A DNA stretch of 46,617 nucleotides from Catajapyx aquilonaris (taxonomy: Eukaryota): assembly GCA_000934665.2 (NCBI GenBank), contig KZ538806.1:1-46617 (forward strand). Direction: 5' to 3'. This document shows, piece after piece, positions 22,550-46,072 of the stretch; the first letter of the stretch is position 1; each line of letters starts with the position of its first letter. A program made the translations under genes and the position numbers. Under the pieces are notes generated by a model. It searched no databases, was not told the origin of the DNA, and saw only the letters and a list, made by a program, of their open reading frames with translations.

Positions 22550-24320
22550 AAGCGGCAGCAGCTGCGTCCAAAATGCTGAGACAGTTCAAGACGTCGTGGT
22601 GGATTCAAACGGTTGCTACTGTACAAAGATGGATCATAGATATATCTGTGGAGATGATAAGGCCATTGCGATTCCTATCAATGCACTGACGTTGTGAACC
22701 AGTGATTACACGGACCATGTGTATTGTTATTTCATGTTAATGTGCGGCTGTATAGGGGACGTATTGGAGTGCATGTCAACATCATCACTCTTCTCTCATC
22801 ATTTTGCTTTTTAATTCATAAGTTATCTAGGGTAAACCATACAGTGATTGCCAGTTTAGTGTATTGGTCAGTAATAGATGAATATTCTCACCTTTTCTTT
22901 TCAAGTAGATGTTCTAAAATATTTTTCTAATGACTGAGGTTGTCCTCGTTCACATTGCATCAAATTCACGCAAATCTATCAGAATGTGTATATGTATGTG
23001 AATGCACAAAATATCCTACCTAAAAGACAGTAATGACCACCCATCCAGATAGTAATGGCCAGGTGTCAAGATAGTGATGGCCATGGCAGCAAAACAATAG
23101 TCTCTCTACCGTAGGGACCAAAGTAGGGACCCCATTGGTATTAGGAAGGTAGGCCTAACTGATGTGAGATAAAGCCACTCAAAAGCCTGTACAGGTTGTC
23201 AGGAAATATGACTGATTATTTTATTTTGCAAGTATTCGTCACATACAAGAATAGGCGGTGGCCGTTACACACAATAAGATAGGCCTATGGATTTGTTATT
23301 GTTGCGTATTTCCTCCTAAATCATTGACGTCATTTCTCTCCAAGAATAACTCACGTGACTCATGATTCTTAGGCCTACATACAGTATGTGGCATTCAATT
23401 TTTTAAAGCCTAACACAGTAACGTCCATGGCATGGCCATCACTATGAAACGTCATTAGATGCGGGACAGTCATGGCCATCCTAATGAATTCATACTCCTG
23501 AACAAAGGGACTGGTTTCAATCCCATGCTTCCATAAAGCACCTCTAGACCAATACTTTCATATACCTCACATTGCTTTCGGGATATTTATGAGACCAGAA
23601 ACACACTTACAATGCAAGAAAGTCCTTAAGGAAAAAGTTAAATTTACCAGCTGCATTTCAACATGACCAGTTGTAGGTCTCTGTGTCAGATGCCATTACT
23701 GCTCTTGCAATGCCCACTGTGAACTGATTTTTGACCTAGTTCATGCCAGGGACCACAGGTGTCACACCATGATCATTTCTTCATGTTATGTCATTTACAC
23801 GACCTATTTCTTAAAGAACCAAGGTGCAGTGGGCCATCACTGTATGGTTTACCCTACAAGGAAGCGGCAGCCTCTGCTGGGCTTGACAAGAAATGTCATC
23901 CATTGCCAATCATTAGGCAGAGTCATACGGGAGTCTCTCGAATGACAGTAGTTGTCGCCTATACCCAATCTTTTGCACCACCCTATATGACTTGCATCGT
24001 TTTACTACAGTGTATTAAAAACTCCTGAATTTAACAGTGAAATGATAGGGAAGGGTGATCTGTTTACGCGCACTCCCAAAAGTCCCCTACACAGCCGCAC
24101 ATTTAATAACAAGAGACCATTCATTCATTCGTTAATAAACTGGTTCACAACTTCAGTGCATTGAGAGGAATCGCAATGGTTTTAAAATCCATCCCATAGG
24201 TACATAAGATATATGTATGATCCATCTTTGTAGCAAGCGTTTGAATCCACCGCGATGTCTTGAGCGGTCTCGTGAGCAGTCTTGAGCTGTCAAAATATTT
24301 TGGATGCAGCCGCCGCGACT
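22550..24320. mobile_element. Old non-autonomous DNA transposon with long (~220 bp) degenerate inverted arms
   Basis: 22550-22770 is the diverged reverse complement of 24070-24320 (GGTGGATTCAAACG, CAAAGATGGATCATA, CCATTGCGATTCCT, GTTGTGAACCAGT, ATGTGCGGCTGT). True termini unclear. Confidence 0.6.
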
Positions 24321-24562
24321 TATGTCTAATTTAGAGTTTTTATAGCCACATTTTGGAAATTCATTTAGGGACTTCTAGAGGAGCAAAATTGTTCCAGACA
24401 CATATCGGGTAAGTATAGCTATTATTATTGGTAAAATATTTTGTCTATATATTCGGAGTAGGCGTAAGCCGAAATCTATGTGGTTCGGGCCTATCTGGTA
24501 GCAAAGGGGTTAAGTGTGCAATAGCGCTAGGGAGAAAATACAAAAAAAATCAATAACATTCT

Positions 24563-24794
24563 AAAAACCAAAACTTGAATTTGCCTCGGAACACTGCAAT
24601 GCAGTAGCCATTATTTACATTCCGTTTACATCATATTAGGTACTGTAAGTGATCTAGAGATGATTTAAAGTATTCAAGAGATGTCCGCTGGTTACATGCA
24701 CGTACTACGACATTTTATATCTGGGACCCGGGAGGGCCATTGGTGGGAGATCCTGGAACCAATCCCCTGCAGATACATCAGAGGGCCCATGGTA
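24563..24794 (+). mobile_element. Tigger-like 3' fragment resembling MER2/Tigger3
   Basis: CAAAACTTGAATTTGCC...TATTAGGTACTGTAAGTGATCTAGAGATGATTTAAAGTAT...CATTTTATAT...TCCTGGAACCAATCCCC. Resemblance is from recall of the consensus, not a search. Confidence 0.55.
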
Positions 24795-25247
24795 TAAGTA
24801 ATAAAATGCCAAATTGCAAAATGGTGCGAATGTTATCGGCTCCTGTGTGTAGACAACCAATTGCTAGTAGATGGTGAAACAGTCTGATCCATAGATGCCA
24901 CTTCATAAGTGCTACAATTGTACTGAAATTCATGAGAATTGGTGAGGATGAAGGAACAGGTGACCCGCTTCATGTGATCATATGCTCCTAACTCCCTTGA
25001 GCTTCAGCCTGTTTCCTGCCTGCATGGTCCTCGTTTCCACTACTATCGTTTTGCGACCTTGGCTGATGTGGCAACAGTGCAAGAAACTTCTTTTGTTTTC
25101 CAGGGAGGTTTGTCATTTTACTCCAGGGACAGGCAATGCCGTTTTCTGGTGATTTTGAATGCATGCCTGTTTATGAAATGGTCTTTTATTCAATTTGATC
25201 ATATTGGCATGTAGTTATTTATGATTCTCCTCTGCAGAATTGCAGTC

Positions 25248-27225
25248 ATGGACGAGAAGATAATCGAGCTGAAGGCTTTCGTGGACATTTTGAAGGCACG
25301 TCCAGAGCTCCTTCATGACCCCAAGCTTGATTTTTTGAAGCAGTACATTGAGAGTCTTGGAGGAAAGATTCCAGCTAAAGAGGAGAAGAAGCAGCCTCCC
25401 AAAAGTGAGCCGTCCACTCCTGATTCCTCCTCTGAAAGCCAGAAGACCAAGAGCCCTGAGCCAGCAGCACCAGTGGAGCCAGACAGTGAGGAAAGTGACT
25501 TGGACCTTGACCAGGAAGGAGTGATTGGTAATTTATTTAATTTTACTAAGAAATAATAGATATGAATGAACTTGACTAGTGATTAAATTACCATTAAGGA
25601 TCAGTAATTTTAGTTTTGGTGCTTAGAAGTCACGATCCCAAAAAACTTTTTATGTATGAGGGCCTAGCTATGGGATGGTGTAAGGTGGTGGGCCTTGTCG
25701 CCAAGTGTTAAACATGTGAATGTTGTGGAGAGGCGGCTTATGTGAACTACAGTATGACCTTGTTAGTCACTGTGGTTTTAGGTTCTTCAGGGGATATTCT
25801 CGGGGTCAACATGGTAGTGCGCACGTTAGGTTAGGTCAGGCCAGGTAAATTTGCTTTATAGCCATCCATCTACAAAGCAACAGTGAAGGCAGAATAATGG
25901 GTGAATTAAATTGCATTTCCTACTTATAACGAATTCCCGCTTATAACTCTACTTTGGGTTGGTCCCTTGAAGAGTGTTATATCGGTATTATACTGTACAT
26001 TGTTTGTTTTTAAATCCTTCCTTATAACACATCCCATCCATTTCAGATGCTGACACAGATGAACCTCAGGATATGGGTGACTTGGAAAAGGTTGCTGTAA
26101 CCACTGAAGAAGAAGATGATGCAGATGCCAAAAGGATGGAAGCTGCTGCTGCTTATGCTTCTGGGGACTGTGAAAAGGCCGTTGACCTATACACTGAGGC
26201 CATCAAGTGCAATCCATGTGGGTCCCTTATTGATATTTTTATAACAGTACATGGCAATTTAAAATGAACCCTATCAATAAGGAATAATTATTTGTAGGTC
26301 CCCATTTTGATTTGAGTGTCACTTATACTTAACACTTATTTCCCAAGTGCTGGCTGTGCTGTACACAAAGAGAGGTCAAGCCTACCTGAAGCTTGAGAAA
26401 CCAAATGCTTGCATCCGAGACTGTGACAGAGCTCTGACTCTGAACAGTGATAGTGCTGGAGGTTACAAATACAGAGGTCGAGCACACAGGTAAGAAGATA
26501 GAAAACATGGTACAGTGGTGGAAATTAATGGAGAAGCACAAGTATTGCCTCCTGGCGGAGCTTTTCCTTTACATAAAGCAGGTTCGTGTAAAGGAAAAGC
26601 TCCCCTAGGAGGCAATACTTGTGCTTCTCCATTAATTTCCACCACTGTACATTATCATATTTGTGAAAGAGTGTATTGTGATGAGAATTATAAGGTTCAA
26701 TATGGGTGGGTGGCATGAGATGTAGCAGTGATGTGCCTCTAAACTGCTGCCAATAGTAGAATGATCCAGCTTCATTTCCCTGATTTATCAGGTGAATGTT
26801 ATTTGCAGAGATATAATTCCACTTTGTGAAGGTTTTAAATACCATTTTGCTATGTGCGAGGGTTGAATTTTGACTCGTAATAGTGGCAACGCTGCGATAG
26901 TTTCAAAAGAGACCTTTAAAATTAACAAATGAGAGCATGCGAAGGAGGGAGACCAGAGAAGAGGGGGGAGTCGTATGTGTCCGTATGGTTAAATGGGAAA
27001 GAGACATTATTTATCTGGGCTTCGTCGGCTAATAAGTGCAAGGTCACGGGCATTTTCCAGACTCGGAATTTGTGTATCATTACGATTTCGCGCAGTTATC
27101 TGTGATGCGCGTTGCCCTCGCTGTAAATGTGTTGGTTGTCAGGTCATTCTTTTATCGATGCAGTATTCCATGCGACGACGATGAATAAATAATAATAATA
27201 ATAATTAATAATAATAATAATAATA

Positions 27226-27270
<45 letters not shown>

Positions 27271-30169
27271 CATTATTATTATTATTATTCACACTGCAAA
27301 ACAATCCAATTGCATGTAGGTGTTCATTTTTAACTCGACAATATTAACAACGATGAAAGCCATGATCCCACCGTGGTCCGATTGCGATGTTCAAGTCCCG
27401 TGTGAATGACACGTCATTGAGGTGGCCATATCTCGGACATCATTGTTGAAAGAAACAATTGTCTTCGCCGCTCGCTAGTTTTTCACTTCCAGCAATGACT
27501 TCCGAACAACTTCAGCACAAACGCACATTATTGGATTGTTTGATGTGTCGGTTATGAACAAACTCCAATGTTACTGGCCCGAGAGGTTTTGAAGGTAAGT
27601 TAAGAGGAAACCCAGTCCTCAGCAGCCAAAAAAAGGGGTGTCAGTTGGCATTTTATTTCATGTCTTTGTGCGCTTGCTAACGTCATGAAAATTTTTTGTG
27701 GTGCTCTTCAGTGTAGCTACCTGAATTAGAGTTATTTAATTACGAAACATTTTGAAGCAAGGTAGTGAAAATAAATTAATAGCCAAGATGTATCACTAAT
27801 TTTTAAAATTTATACGTCAAGCCCTGCACACCATCACAACACATGGATTCACATTTTTGAAGGACATACTTCACGCGTCATTATCGAGATGGAATGGAAA
27901 CGCACACAATTTCGACACCTAACTTCGAGATTTATTTTCACTACTTTGCTTCGCAATTTTTCGTAATTAAGTAACTCCAATCCAGGTAGCTACATTGAAG
28001 AGCACTCCAAAAAAATTTCACGACTTTAGCAAGTGCACAAAGACATTAAATAAAATGTCAACTGACACCCCTTTTTTTGGCTGCTGTGGACTGGGTGTCC
28101 TCTTAACACATTATCGTGGTTTCGAGCGAGGTTTGAAAACAGTGCGATTATTTTGGCGGAATTTTTAAACATAAAACATAGTATACCTGACTCAGTGGAG
28201 TTGTTCGGAAGTCATTGCTGGAAGTGAAAAACTAGCGAGCGGCGAAGACAATTGTTTCTTTCAACAATGATGTCCGAGATAAGGCCCACCTCATCAATGA
28301 CGTCATTCACGCCGGACTTGAACATCGCGATCGGATCGTGATGTTTGGTTTAAAAGTTACTTTAGTTCATGGGAAGATATCACCATTCACAAATGCTGGG
28401 ATTGAACTTCAGTGACCTCTATACGCACTCGAACGCAACGTGACACGAATCTCCTTATTAGCGAGGTCCTCCCTGGCTTAGCGACATCAACAGTCCGGAT
28501 TGGTGCACTGATGTTGCTTTCCAAGTCTTCTAATGTCGAGGCTCGTTGTGTGCACAACTCTTCAAACATCCCCATTCGCAGATTTTTACATGTCGAAACA
28601 GGATACCCAGTTTCTTCTGACAAAATCGTATTGACTTTTTTTGGTCATTCCAGCAACCTATGCTTCACTCTTTCGATATTTTTCTTCCTCTAAAGGAGGT
28701 CAACTACCACTGTATTGGTCCAAAACACTTGGTGCAGCAATTCTGACTATTAATGTCGTTATGCTGTGGAGGGCCTTCGATTATAAGGAGCTTTTGAGTG
28801 CGTATGAAGGTCATTGAAATTCAATCCCAGCATTTATTGCAGTGGTGCTACATTCCCATGAACTAAGTTAACCTTTAAACCAAACATAATAATAATTGAG
28901 TTAGTGCACCGCCCATTTGATGGGCATCTGGCACGGTTCCTTTATTTTACTTTTTAGGTGTACAAGCTTGGTCCTTTTTCATAACGCTTGATAACTCCCA
29001 GATACCACGAGCATAAACACCTTATCTGACGCAGAATAGGCCCAGGTGTCCTCCAAGGCAACAAGCAAAATAAACGCAAAACAGATAGGATGTTTAGATG
29101 AGTCACAGAGGCGAAGTTATTAATGGAATTGCAAGAGCCAAGGTGCTCAGATGTTCTCAAGATTATGGTTCAAAAGACAGTGTACATTAGAACAGCTGGT
29201 GGACTTTTAAAAGATGTGAAAAGACGCTGTGAAAAGTAGGGTTAAAAAACCTGGGGGGGTCCGAAACTTTCCGTCCACCCTGTACATATGAGTGGACATG
29301 ACTTGTTACTCTTTCCTTATCACCTGCCTACTTACTGTCAATTACATGGCTAATTTTCTACAAATAGTGACAACACTGGTGTTGGTGGTACTGTGAGTGC
29401 TAGTGTGGTGTGCTCCCTTTCAATTTGTGTTACTTACAAGTAACACAAACTGAAAGGGAGCACACCACACTAGCACTCACAGTCCCTCAATAGTCCTTAC
29501 CTATATGGACAAGGCATTTCATGCTAGTGGTGGAATCATTTTTGACCTACAGTATATCTACAAGGAATATAGGGAGACGGAGTGGCGCCGCGGTAACGCG
29601 CGCGCCCACGGAAGTGAAGGTCCCGGGTTCAATCCCCACCCGGGGTTCCCACCTTCTTTCGTGCAGAGTTGGGCCATCTCTGGCTTCGTTTCGGGTGGCA
29701 ATTTCCGATAGACTAAGCCACCCGGGGGAGTTCACAAAATGACCACTACTCGACAGCGCACACGCACTTTGCACATCCCCTCCTAACAACCTTGGAGCAT
29801 AATAATAAGATCCTTCTTAACACGCTCCAAAAAAATAATTCCGATGGTGGTAATCCACCCCCCATATATGCGCAATAGATATGGGGTAATGCAAAAAAAA
29901 CAAAAAAAAAACAAAAAAAAAATATCTACAAGGAATGACCTAAGGAGAAATTGGGCTGCTTATAATCTGGAGGTTCTTAATTTTTGGGAACAAATTAAAA
30001 TTAAAATGCCTTTAGTTTAAGGTCATGTCACTTCAGTGCAGTGTTCCCTTTTCTCCTTGTGTAAAGGCTACTGGGGCGCTGGGAAGAGGCTGCTAAAGAT
30101 CTCCGTCAAGCTTGCAAGATAGACTTTGACGAGGAAGCTGATGCTTGGCTGCGTGAAGTTACTCCAAAC
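25248..30169 (+). CDS. ST13: Hsc70-interacting protein (Hip/ST13), N-terminal 232 codons; remaining exons not found in the window
   Basis: Exons 25248-25527, 26047-26217, 26348-26489, 30067-30169. Hip N-terminal dimerisation motif ([36 protein letters not shown]), [14 protein letters not shown], TPRs ([57 protein letters not shown]). Ends at a GTGAGT donor. Confidence 0.93.
26513..26647. mobile_element. TA-flanked hairpin MITE in a Hip intron
   Basis: TA-CAGTGGTGGAAATTAATGGAGAAGCACAAGTATTGCCTCCT... with an exact inverted copy ending CCACCACTG-TA. Confidence 0.88.
27184..27289. repeat. Inverted (AAT)n/(ATT)n microsatellite
   Basis: A run of AAT repeats followed directly by a longer run of ATT repeats. 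Confidence 0.9.
27376..28337. repeat. Inverted repeat pair (27376-27514 / 28195-28337) flanking a TTAA element
   Basis: ATCTCGGACATCATTGTTGAAAGAAACAATTGTCTTCGCCGCTCGCTAGTTTTTCACTTCCAGCAATGACTTCCGAACAACT is present in both orientations. Confidence 0.8.
27604..28102. mobile_element. TTAA-flanked MITE (Kolobok-like termini)
   Basis: TTAA-GAGGAAACCCAGTCC...GGACTGGGTGTCCTC-TTAA with ~175 bp inverted arms. Purine-purine 5' end rather than the piggyBac CCC. Confidence 0.78.
28387..29282 (-). pseudogene. Possible decayed Tc1/mariner-superfamily transposase relic
   Basis: Minus ORF 28387-28623 ([17 protein letters not shown]...[12 protein letters not shown]...QHL) resembles a transposase C-terminus. 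A CACCCTG-TA terminus lies at ~29276-29284. Confidence 0.35.
29391..29482. mobile_element. 92-bp hairpin mini-MITE
   Basis: CTGTGAGTGCTAGTGTGGTGTGCTCCCTTT / AAAGGGAGCACACCACACTAGCACTCACAG. Confidence 0.7.
29569..29921 (+). mobile_element. Full-length tRNA-derived SINE with A-rich tail and TSD
   Basis: A box TGGCGCCGCGG, B box GGTTCAATCC, A-rich tail 29893-29921, 15-bp TSD ATATCTACAAGGAAT at 29554-29568 and 29922-29936. Confidence 0.92.
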
Positions 30170-31368
30170 GTGAGTTTCTTAATTTTATGTGTTTTTCCCC
30201 ATTTTTTGCATTGGTTTAAAACAGGTTTGGTGGTCATTTTATTCATTTTATTATCATTTTATACTGAGATGCTGAAGTTACATGTTGTAAACAGGAAACA
30301 GAAATGAGAAAGGGGTTTGGGTCCTGATTTAAAATGTGTGAAGAGAAACAGTGTTAAAGTGCACTCAGGGAAGGATAATTGTAATTTCCCTACAGTTTCT
30401 AGTGATACCTGCAGGATAGTGAAACTTTTTCTTCGTATGGCTCTTCAATCTCTGCTAGGTTAGGATGCCTAAGGTTGGGCGCCAAAGGACTGAGCGCCAT
30501 AGGGAACTATTTACACGGAACTTCTTTAGGTAGTAATGGCTGGGTAGTGTGGGAGGTGGAGGGAACTGTGTATTTTTTTGTGTAGGTGGCGCACATGGTT
30601 CTTAATTTTGGACCATCCCCCCAACTAAAGAGAGTCTATGTTTTGAAGGAAAACAGATGTACCGTGCAACCATTCATGAAATTATATCATGCCCATGTAA
30701 GGATTTTATTTTTGACATTTATATTGCTTTCAGGAACTTTGTGAATGATTTTAAGGCACAATTTTAGTACTTCAATCAAAATTGTGAAAAATTTCAGCGT
30801 TGCAATCGGAATGTAACAAAATACTGGGAGATAGATCCAAAAGCAGTCTGACAAACAAGGATGCAGCTAGGTAGAGCGACCCAAATGAATTTAGGGGCTT
30901 CTGCACAAGTCTTAGTATAATTATGATAAATAGTTTTAAAGTTTGATCGTATTTTGTTGTCTGCTAGGTACATCCATTTTCGTATATCTCTTTGTGCTGC
31001 ATGGATACCTAGGCTGGAGTCCTGAAGCAACAGTACCTTTGCATGACCTTGACATTTATTTGCATTTTGTGAAGGTACTGTTGCCTGAGCTACCCTGTTG
31101 ACATAACCTTTGACATGTTCACTCTTCACTAGCACCCTAATGTATATCACATGCAAAAGAATGAGAGAAACAGTTCCTCCAATACTCGTGATTAGCACCC
31201 CACCCACCATTTATTGTGGTAACACTATCACTACACCATATGGACATTGTATTGGAGGAAAGAAAACTTTCCACTTTTTTGTTACATTCACACTCGCCCC
31301 ACCTCCATACCCACTGCCGTTTAGGGGCTCGTGTCTGCATTTTGGCCTTTTATCATGCTCCAAAGAGT

Positions 31369-42685
<11,317 letters not shown>

Positions 42686-44702
42686 GACTGGAACCTGAGG
42701 GCAACACCACAATTCCACAATGCACTCGAGACACAAGAAACACTTCAAGAAACCATGCACCTCCTATTGTACATTCGTTTTTTTCCCCGTAAAAAAAATG
42801 AATGACCACTGCAGGGGGTGTCGAGAAGTGCGGGGGAATAAAGGATTTATGGGGGCGGGAAAGGGTCAATCCGTAGGGTCTACCCGCGGGTTACCGACCA
42901 AGGGCAGAACCCGGGATGGCGCCTCTTCGTTGGTTGTGGTCGAGGGTACTCCTGGGGGTTGGCAACAGAAACCAGTTCAGGTGGCGCTGATCTCCATTTA
43001 GACCCCCACCACCATACCACCTACCGACACCCTCACCCTCCTAGCTAATTTAGAACCGGGTGTGTTGGTATTCAACGTCATCGTCGACGTCGACACTCAC
43101 CCGGAAATGCATTTTATACAGGGTGTTCATCAGGCCGATTAAAAGACCAACATGATCGAGGAATATTCGCAATTTCTAGTCAAAGGCTGGATGCAATGTT
43201 GTGGTAGAAACATTTGCTGGAGGTACATGTTGGCGAAGGCATATAAGAACTCTGGTAGCTTATTTTTATTGATCACTTGTCACTTTTAATGTAGTCGACG
43301 ATGGACTGTTCTTTAGTTGTGTGCGGACCTTCCCGGGATTCTCAGCCGCGATGATCAGATAAAAATTCACGATGGCAATGGAGTGTGCCGCCATACGCGC
43401 CGACCTTCCTGTGTCGGAAGATTGCCTGCAGGAGGCCGTCTGTAAATAACTCATGCTGCTTGTACCCTGCGGAAGTAGTGGAGAGAAGGCATCCGAGTTG
43501 GCCGCACCATCCGACAGAAACTCCTTGACTGTCTTTTTTTAAAATTAGCCGAGGTGGGTGGGGCTGTTGGCAGAAGGTTTTGGGGGGTGGCAGAAGCGGG
43601 GCAAGACCAGCCAAGGGAGTTACTTCCACCCAGAGCTTTGGCTGGGGTATCTTAATTCTTTCTGCAAGTCCTCCCTTATAAGGCGGGGGCGCTCCGATTG
43701 CAACTATGGCGACCACGTCGGAGTGGTCGAGTGGGCGGCCATATTGGAGGCCGTCACTTGGGTTGGAGGGACATGACATGGAGTCAGGGGTTTTTGATCG
43801 CTGAAATCGAGTGATCAGGAAACGATAGTTGGCTTAGCTCTGAAAATAGTCGCCCCCAGGGCCTGCTGTAGCACATGGCCCACATTGAGGAGTTATTTTG
43901 GACCACCCACCCAGTGGACTAGATTCCCGATTTGAAAATGCAGTGGGTCAAGTGTGGTTCGATGCAACCGACAGGTGGGGCGGGGAGGGGGAGGTAATGA
44001 AGTGGTGACTGACAATTCTCCTTGGCCCCTGTTTTCAAATCCAAGGGCTCGATTTTCGGGTCTGGAAAACCAACTGGGCACTTGTCCCATTGTCGGAGGC
44101 TCCATTTTCTACCCGGGTTCCTACCCATGTAACTAGAAGGGGGGAAAACGGGGGCGCGGAGGCTAGGGACCAGCTGGTGTGGAAAGTGCCAAACATATGT
44201 TGAGTGGTTCAAGTCATTAAACTACTGAGATGTAGCGAGAGAATGGCATTGATGGGTTCGAAATGAATGAGGTAGCCTTCAGATTGTGTATATTGTTTAT
44301 ATTGTTTACTAAAGAGTTGCGATTATTTTAATTTTATGCGTACACTGCGTCTGAAAGTTCATTACATGATGGCACATTACTATGTTGTAATGATGTACAG
44401 TATATAGCTCGTCTTGCAGTTCTTGTAGACCTAAGCGATTTATGAGTATAATTATTCAAGACAGTACCGTACTGAAGGGAAATGCCGTCAGAAAAATGCA
44501 TATATTTTTTTTGCAAAATATTAAAAAATATGACCTAGTGTAAATAGTCAGGGGTTTTTTGGCGCTCGAGATAGTCAGTTCATAATTAATCGTCCCATAC
44601 ATTGCATTGGTTGCACTTCGAGCAACGTATTTTCAAAAATAAGCGGCCCGGAAAATTTGCGAAATAAGAGTTTGCCAAATAGAACGTGAATATACATAGC
44701 TA

Positions 44703-45256
44703 CTTTATATATAAAGCTCCTCTCCGAGGAGGAGGATATCGTATGGGAAATATGTCGCACTTCCCAGCGTCGCAGAGGCTTGGGAGATGGCTCGTTGGAA
44801 GCTGGCGCCGACAATTGGGGAGCCAGAAATCCTGAGAATTGCACATTTCCCCGCCGTTTTCGAGCTATGGTCAAAAAAACGAGATATTTGCACCTTCTGA
44901 CATTGGCCCCAGATCCTGGCCGTTACGCACGGAAGCATTGCCGCCCGCCCACCCCCTCCGCCCGTTGACATCTGTTTCCACTCGGTACTCCACACTCCCT
45001 TTTGAACGATACGTCAGAGGACACGTTCGGTTGTTCCTCACCTGTAGCGGTGACGTCACCGGTGGATGTTCTGTAACCGGGTGCGATCCCGCTCCGACCA
45101 ATTTTCGCGTAAAAAGACTTGTTCTGTTTGCATCGGAGAGCGGGGGACGTAGGTGCAGTCGGGTGCAGTACGGATTACATCGTGGGAACCAGCTCGGGAC
45201 CAGTCCGCTTGCACCCGGGNNNNNNNNNNNNNNNNNNNNNNNNNNNNNNNNNNNNN

Positions 45257-45290
<34 letters not shown>

Positions 45291-45340
45291 GCGCGCGGGA
45301 GAAGCCCCACCGCCGAGCGGAGCGAGTAGGGAGTAGCTAC
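44703..45340 (+). mobile_element. Possible non-autonomous Helitron-like element (contains an assembly gap at ~45220-45256)
   Basis: 5' CTTTATATATAAAG. 3' GC-rich hairpin CCCCACCGCCGAGCGGAGCGAGTAGGG followed by AGCTAC(T). No TIRs. The end deviates from the canonical CTRR. Confidence 0.35.
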
Positions 45341-45700
45341 TATATGATATTGCTGCAAACTGCTGAGTCGCGACATTGCCAATTCGTAAGCAGTGTTGCG
45401 TCATTATATGTTTTTTTGTTTTGTTTTTGTTTTGCGTCATTAGGCAGTGTGAATATATCGGCGACAGCAGAAATGATTACAATAAGTACATTTCCACACC
45501 TACGGTCATTAGTCCTGGATGACGTCACCCCGCGGCAATTAAATTAACTTGCTGTTTTCGCGCGCCAAAAAAAAGTCCGCATTTCACAGAAAAACGAAAG
45601 CCGGACTGGTGTGCCTTTTACTGTATAATGATTTCCTCACTCAATATTATGAAATGTCCCAAGAAATTTCAACGGAATAGTGAACTCAGAGAACCGAAGC

Positions 45701-45930
45701 AGGTTGGTGTAGGGGTTAAGGAGCCAGACTGCTAATCGGGAGGTCCTGGGATCAAATCCCAGGGCCGGCAACTCTGACCGTGGTTTTCTGTGGTTTCCCA
45801 CGGTCCCTCCAGGAAAATTCCGGAGTTGTTTCCGTAATTAACAGGCCACAGCCGCTTCCTTCCATCCCTATCCCTTCCCAAAAAGCGAAGCAAAAAGTAA
45901 AAGCAAAGAGTTCCTGACAAAAAAAAAAGG
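45701..45930 (+). mobile_element. tRNA-derived SINE of another family
   Basis: TTGGTGTAGGGGTTAAG A box, GGATCAAATCC B-like box, body GGTTTTCTGTGGTTTCCC...AGGCCACAGCCGCTTCCTTCC, A-rich end. Confidence 0.7.
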
Positions 45931-45947
45931 ATGAACTCCCCCCCTAA

Positions 45948-46072
45948 GGGCCGGTTTCACCGAGCTTGGTATATGATAAAACCAGGTTTCTTTAGGAAAA
46001 TCCATACAAATAGATAGGGATTTTGAGAAATACCCTGGTTTTATCATATACTGAGCTCGGTGAAACCGGCCC
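45948..46072. mobile_element. PIF/Harbinger-like MITE
   Basis: TAA-GGGCCGGTTTCACCGAG...CTCGGTGAAACCGGCCC-TAA, homologous to 41449-41577. Confidence 0.87.

Noticed and set aside
26463..26718. Mirror ORFs [13 protein letters not shown] on both strands
   Set aside because: Produced by the 26513-26647 hairpin MITE inside a Hip intron.
29575..29650. tRNA-like sequence (also at 45701, 42092 and 33842)
   Set aside because: A/B boxes are followed by SINE bodies, and at 29575 by a tail and TSD. No convincing full cloverleaf.
44839..45547. Poly-Gly/poly-Pro ORFs spanning N and G runs
   Set aside because: They cross an assembly gap and a homopolymer that is probably a sequencing artefact, within a repeat.
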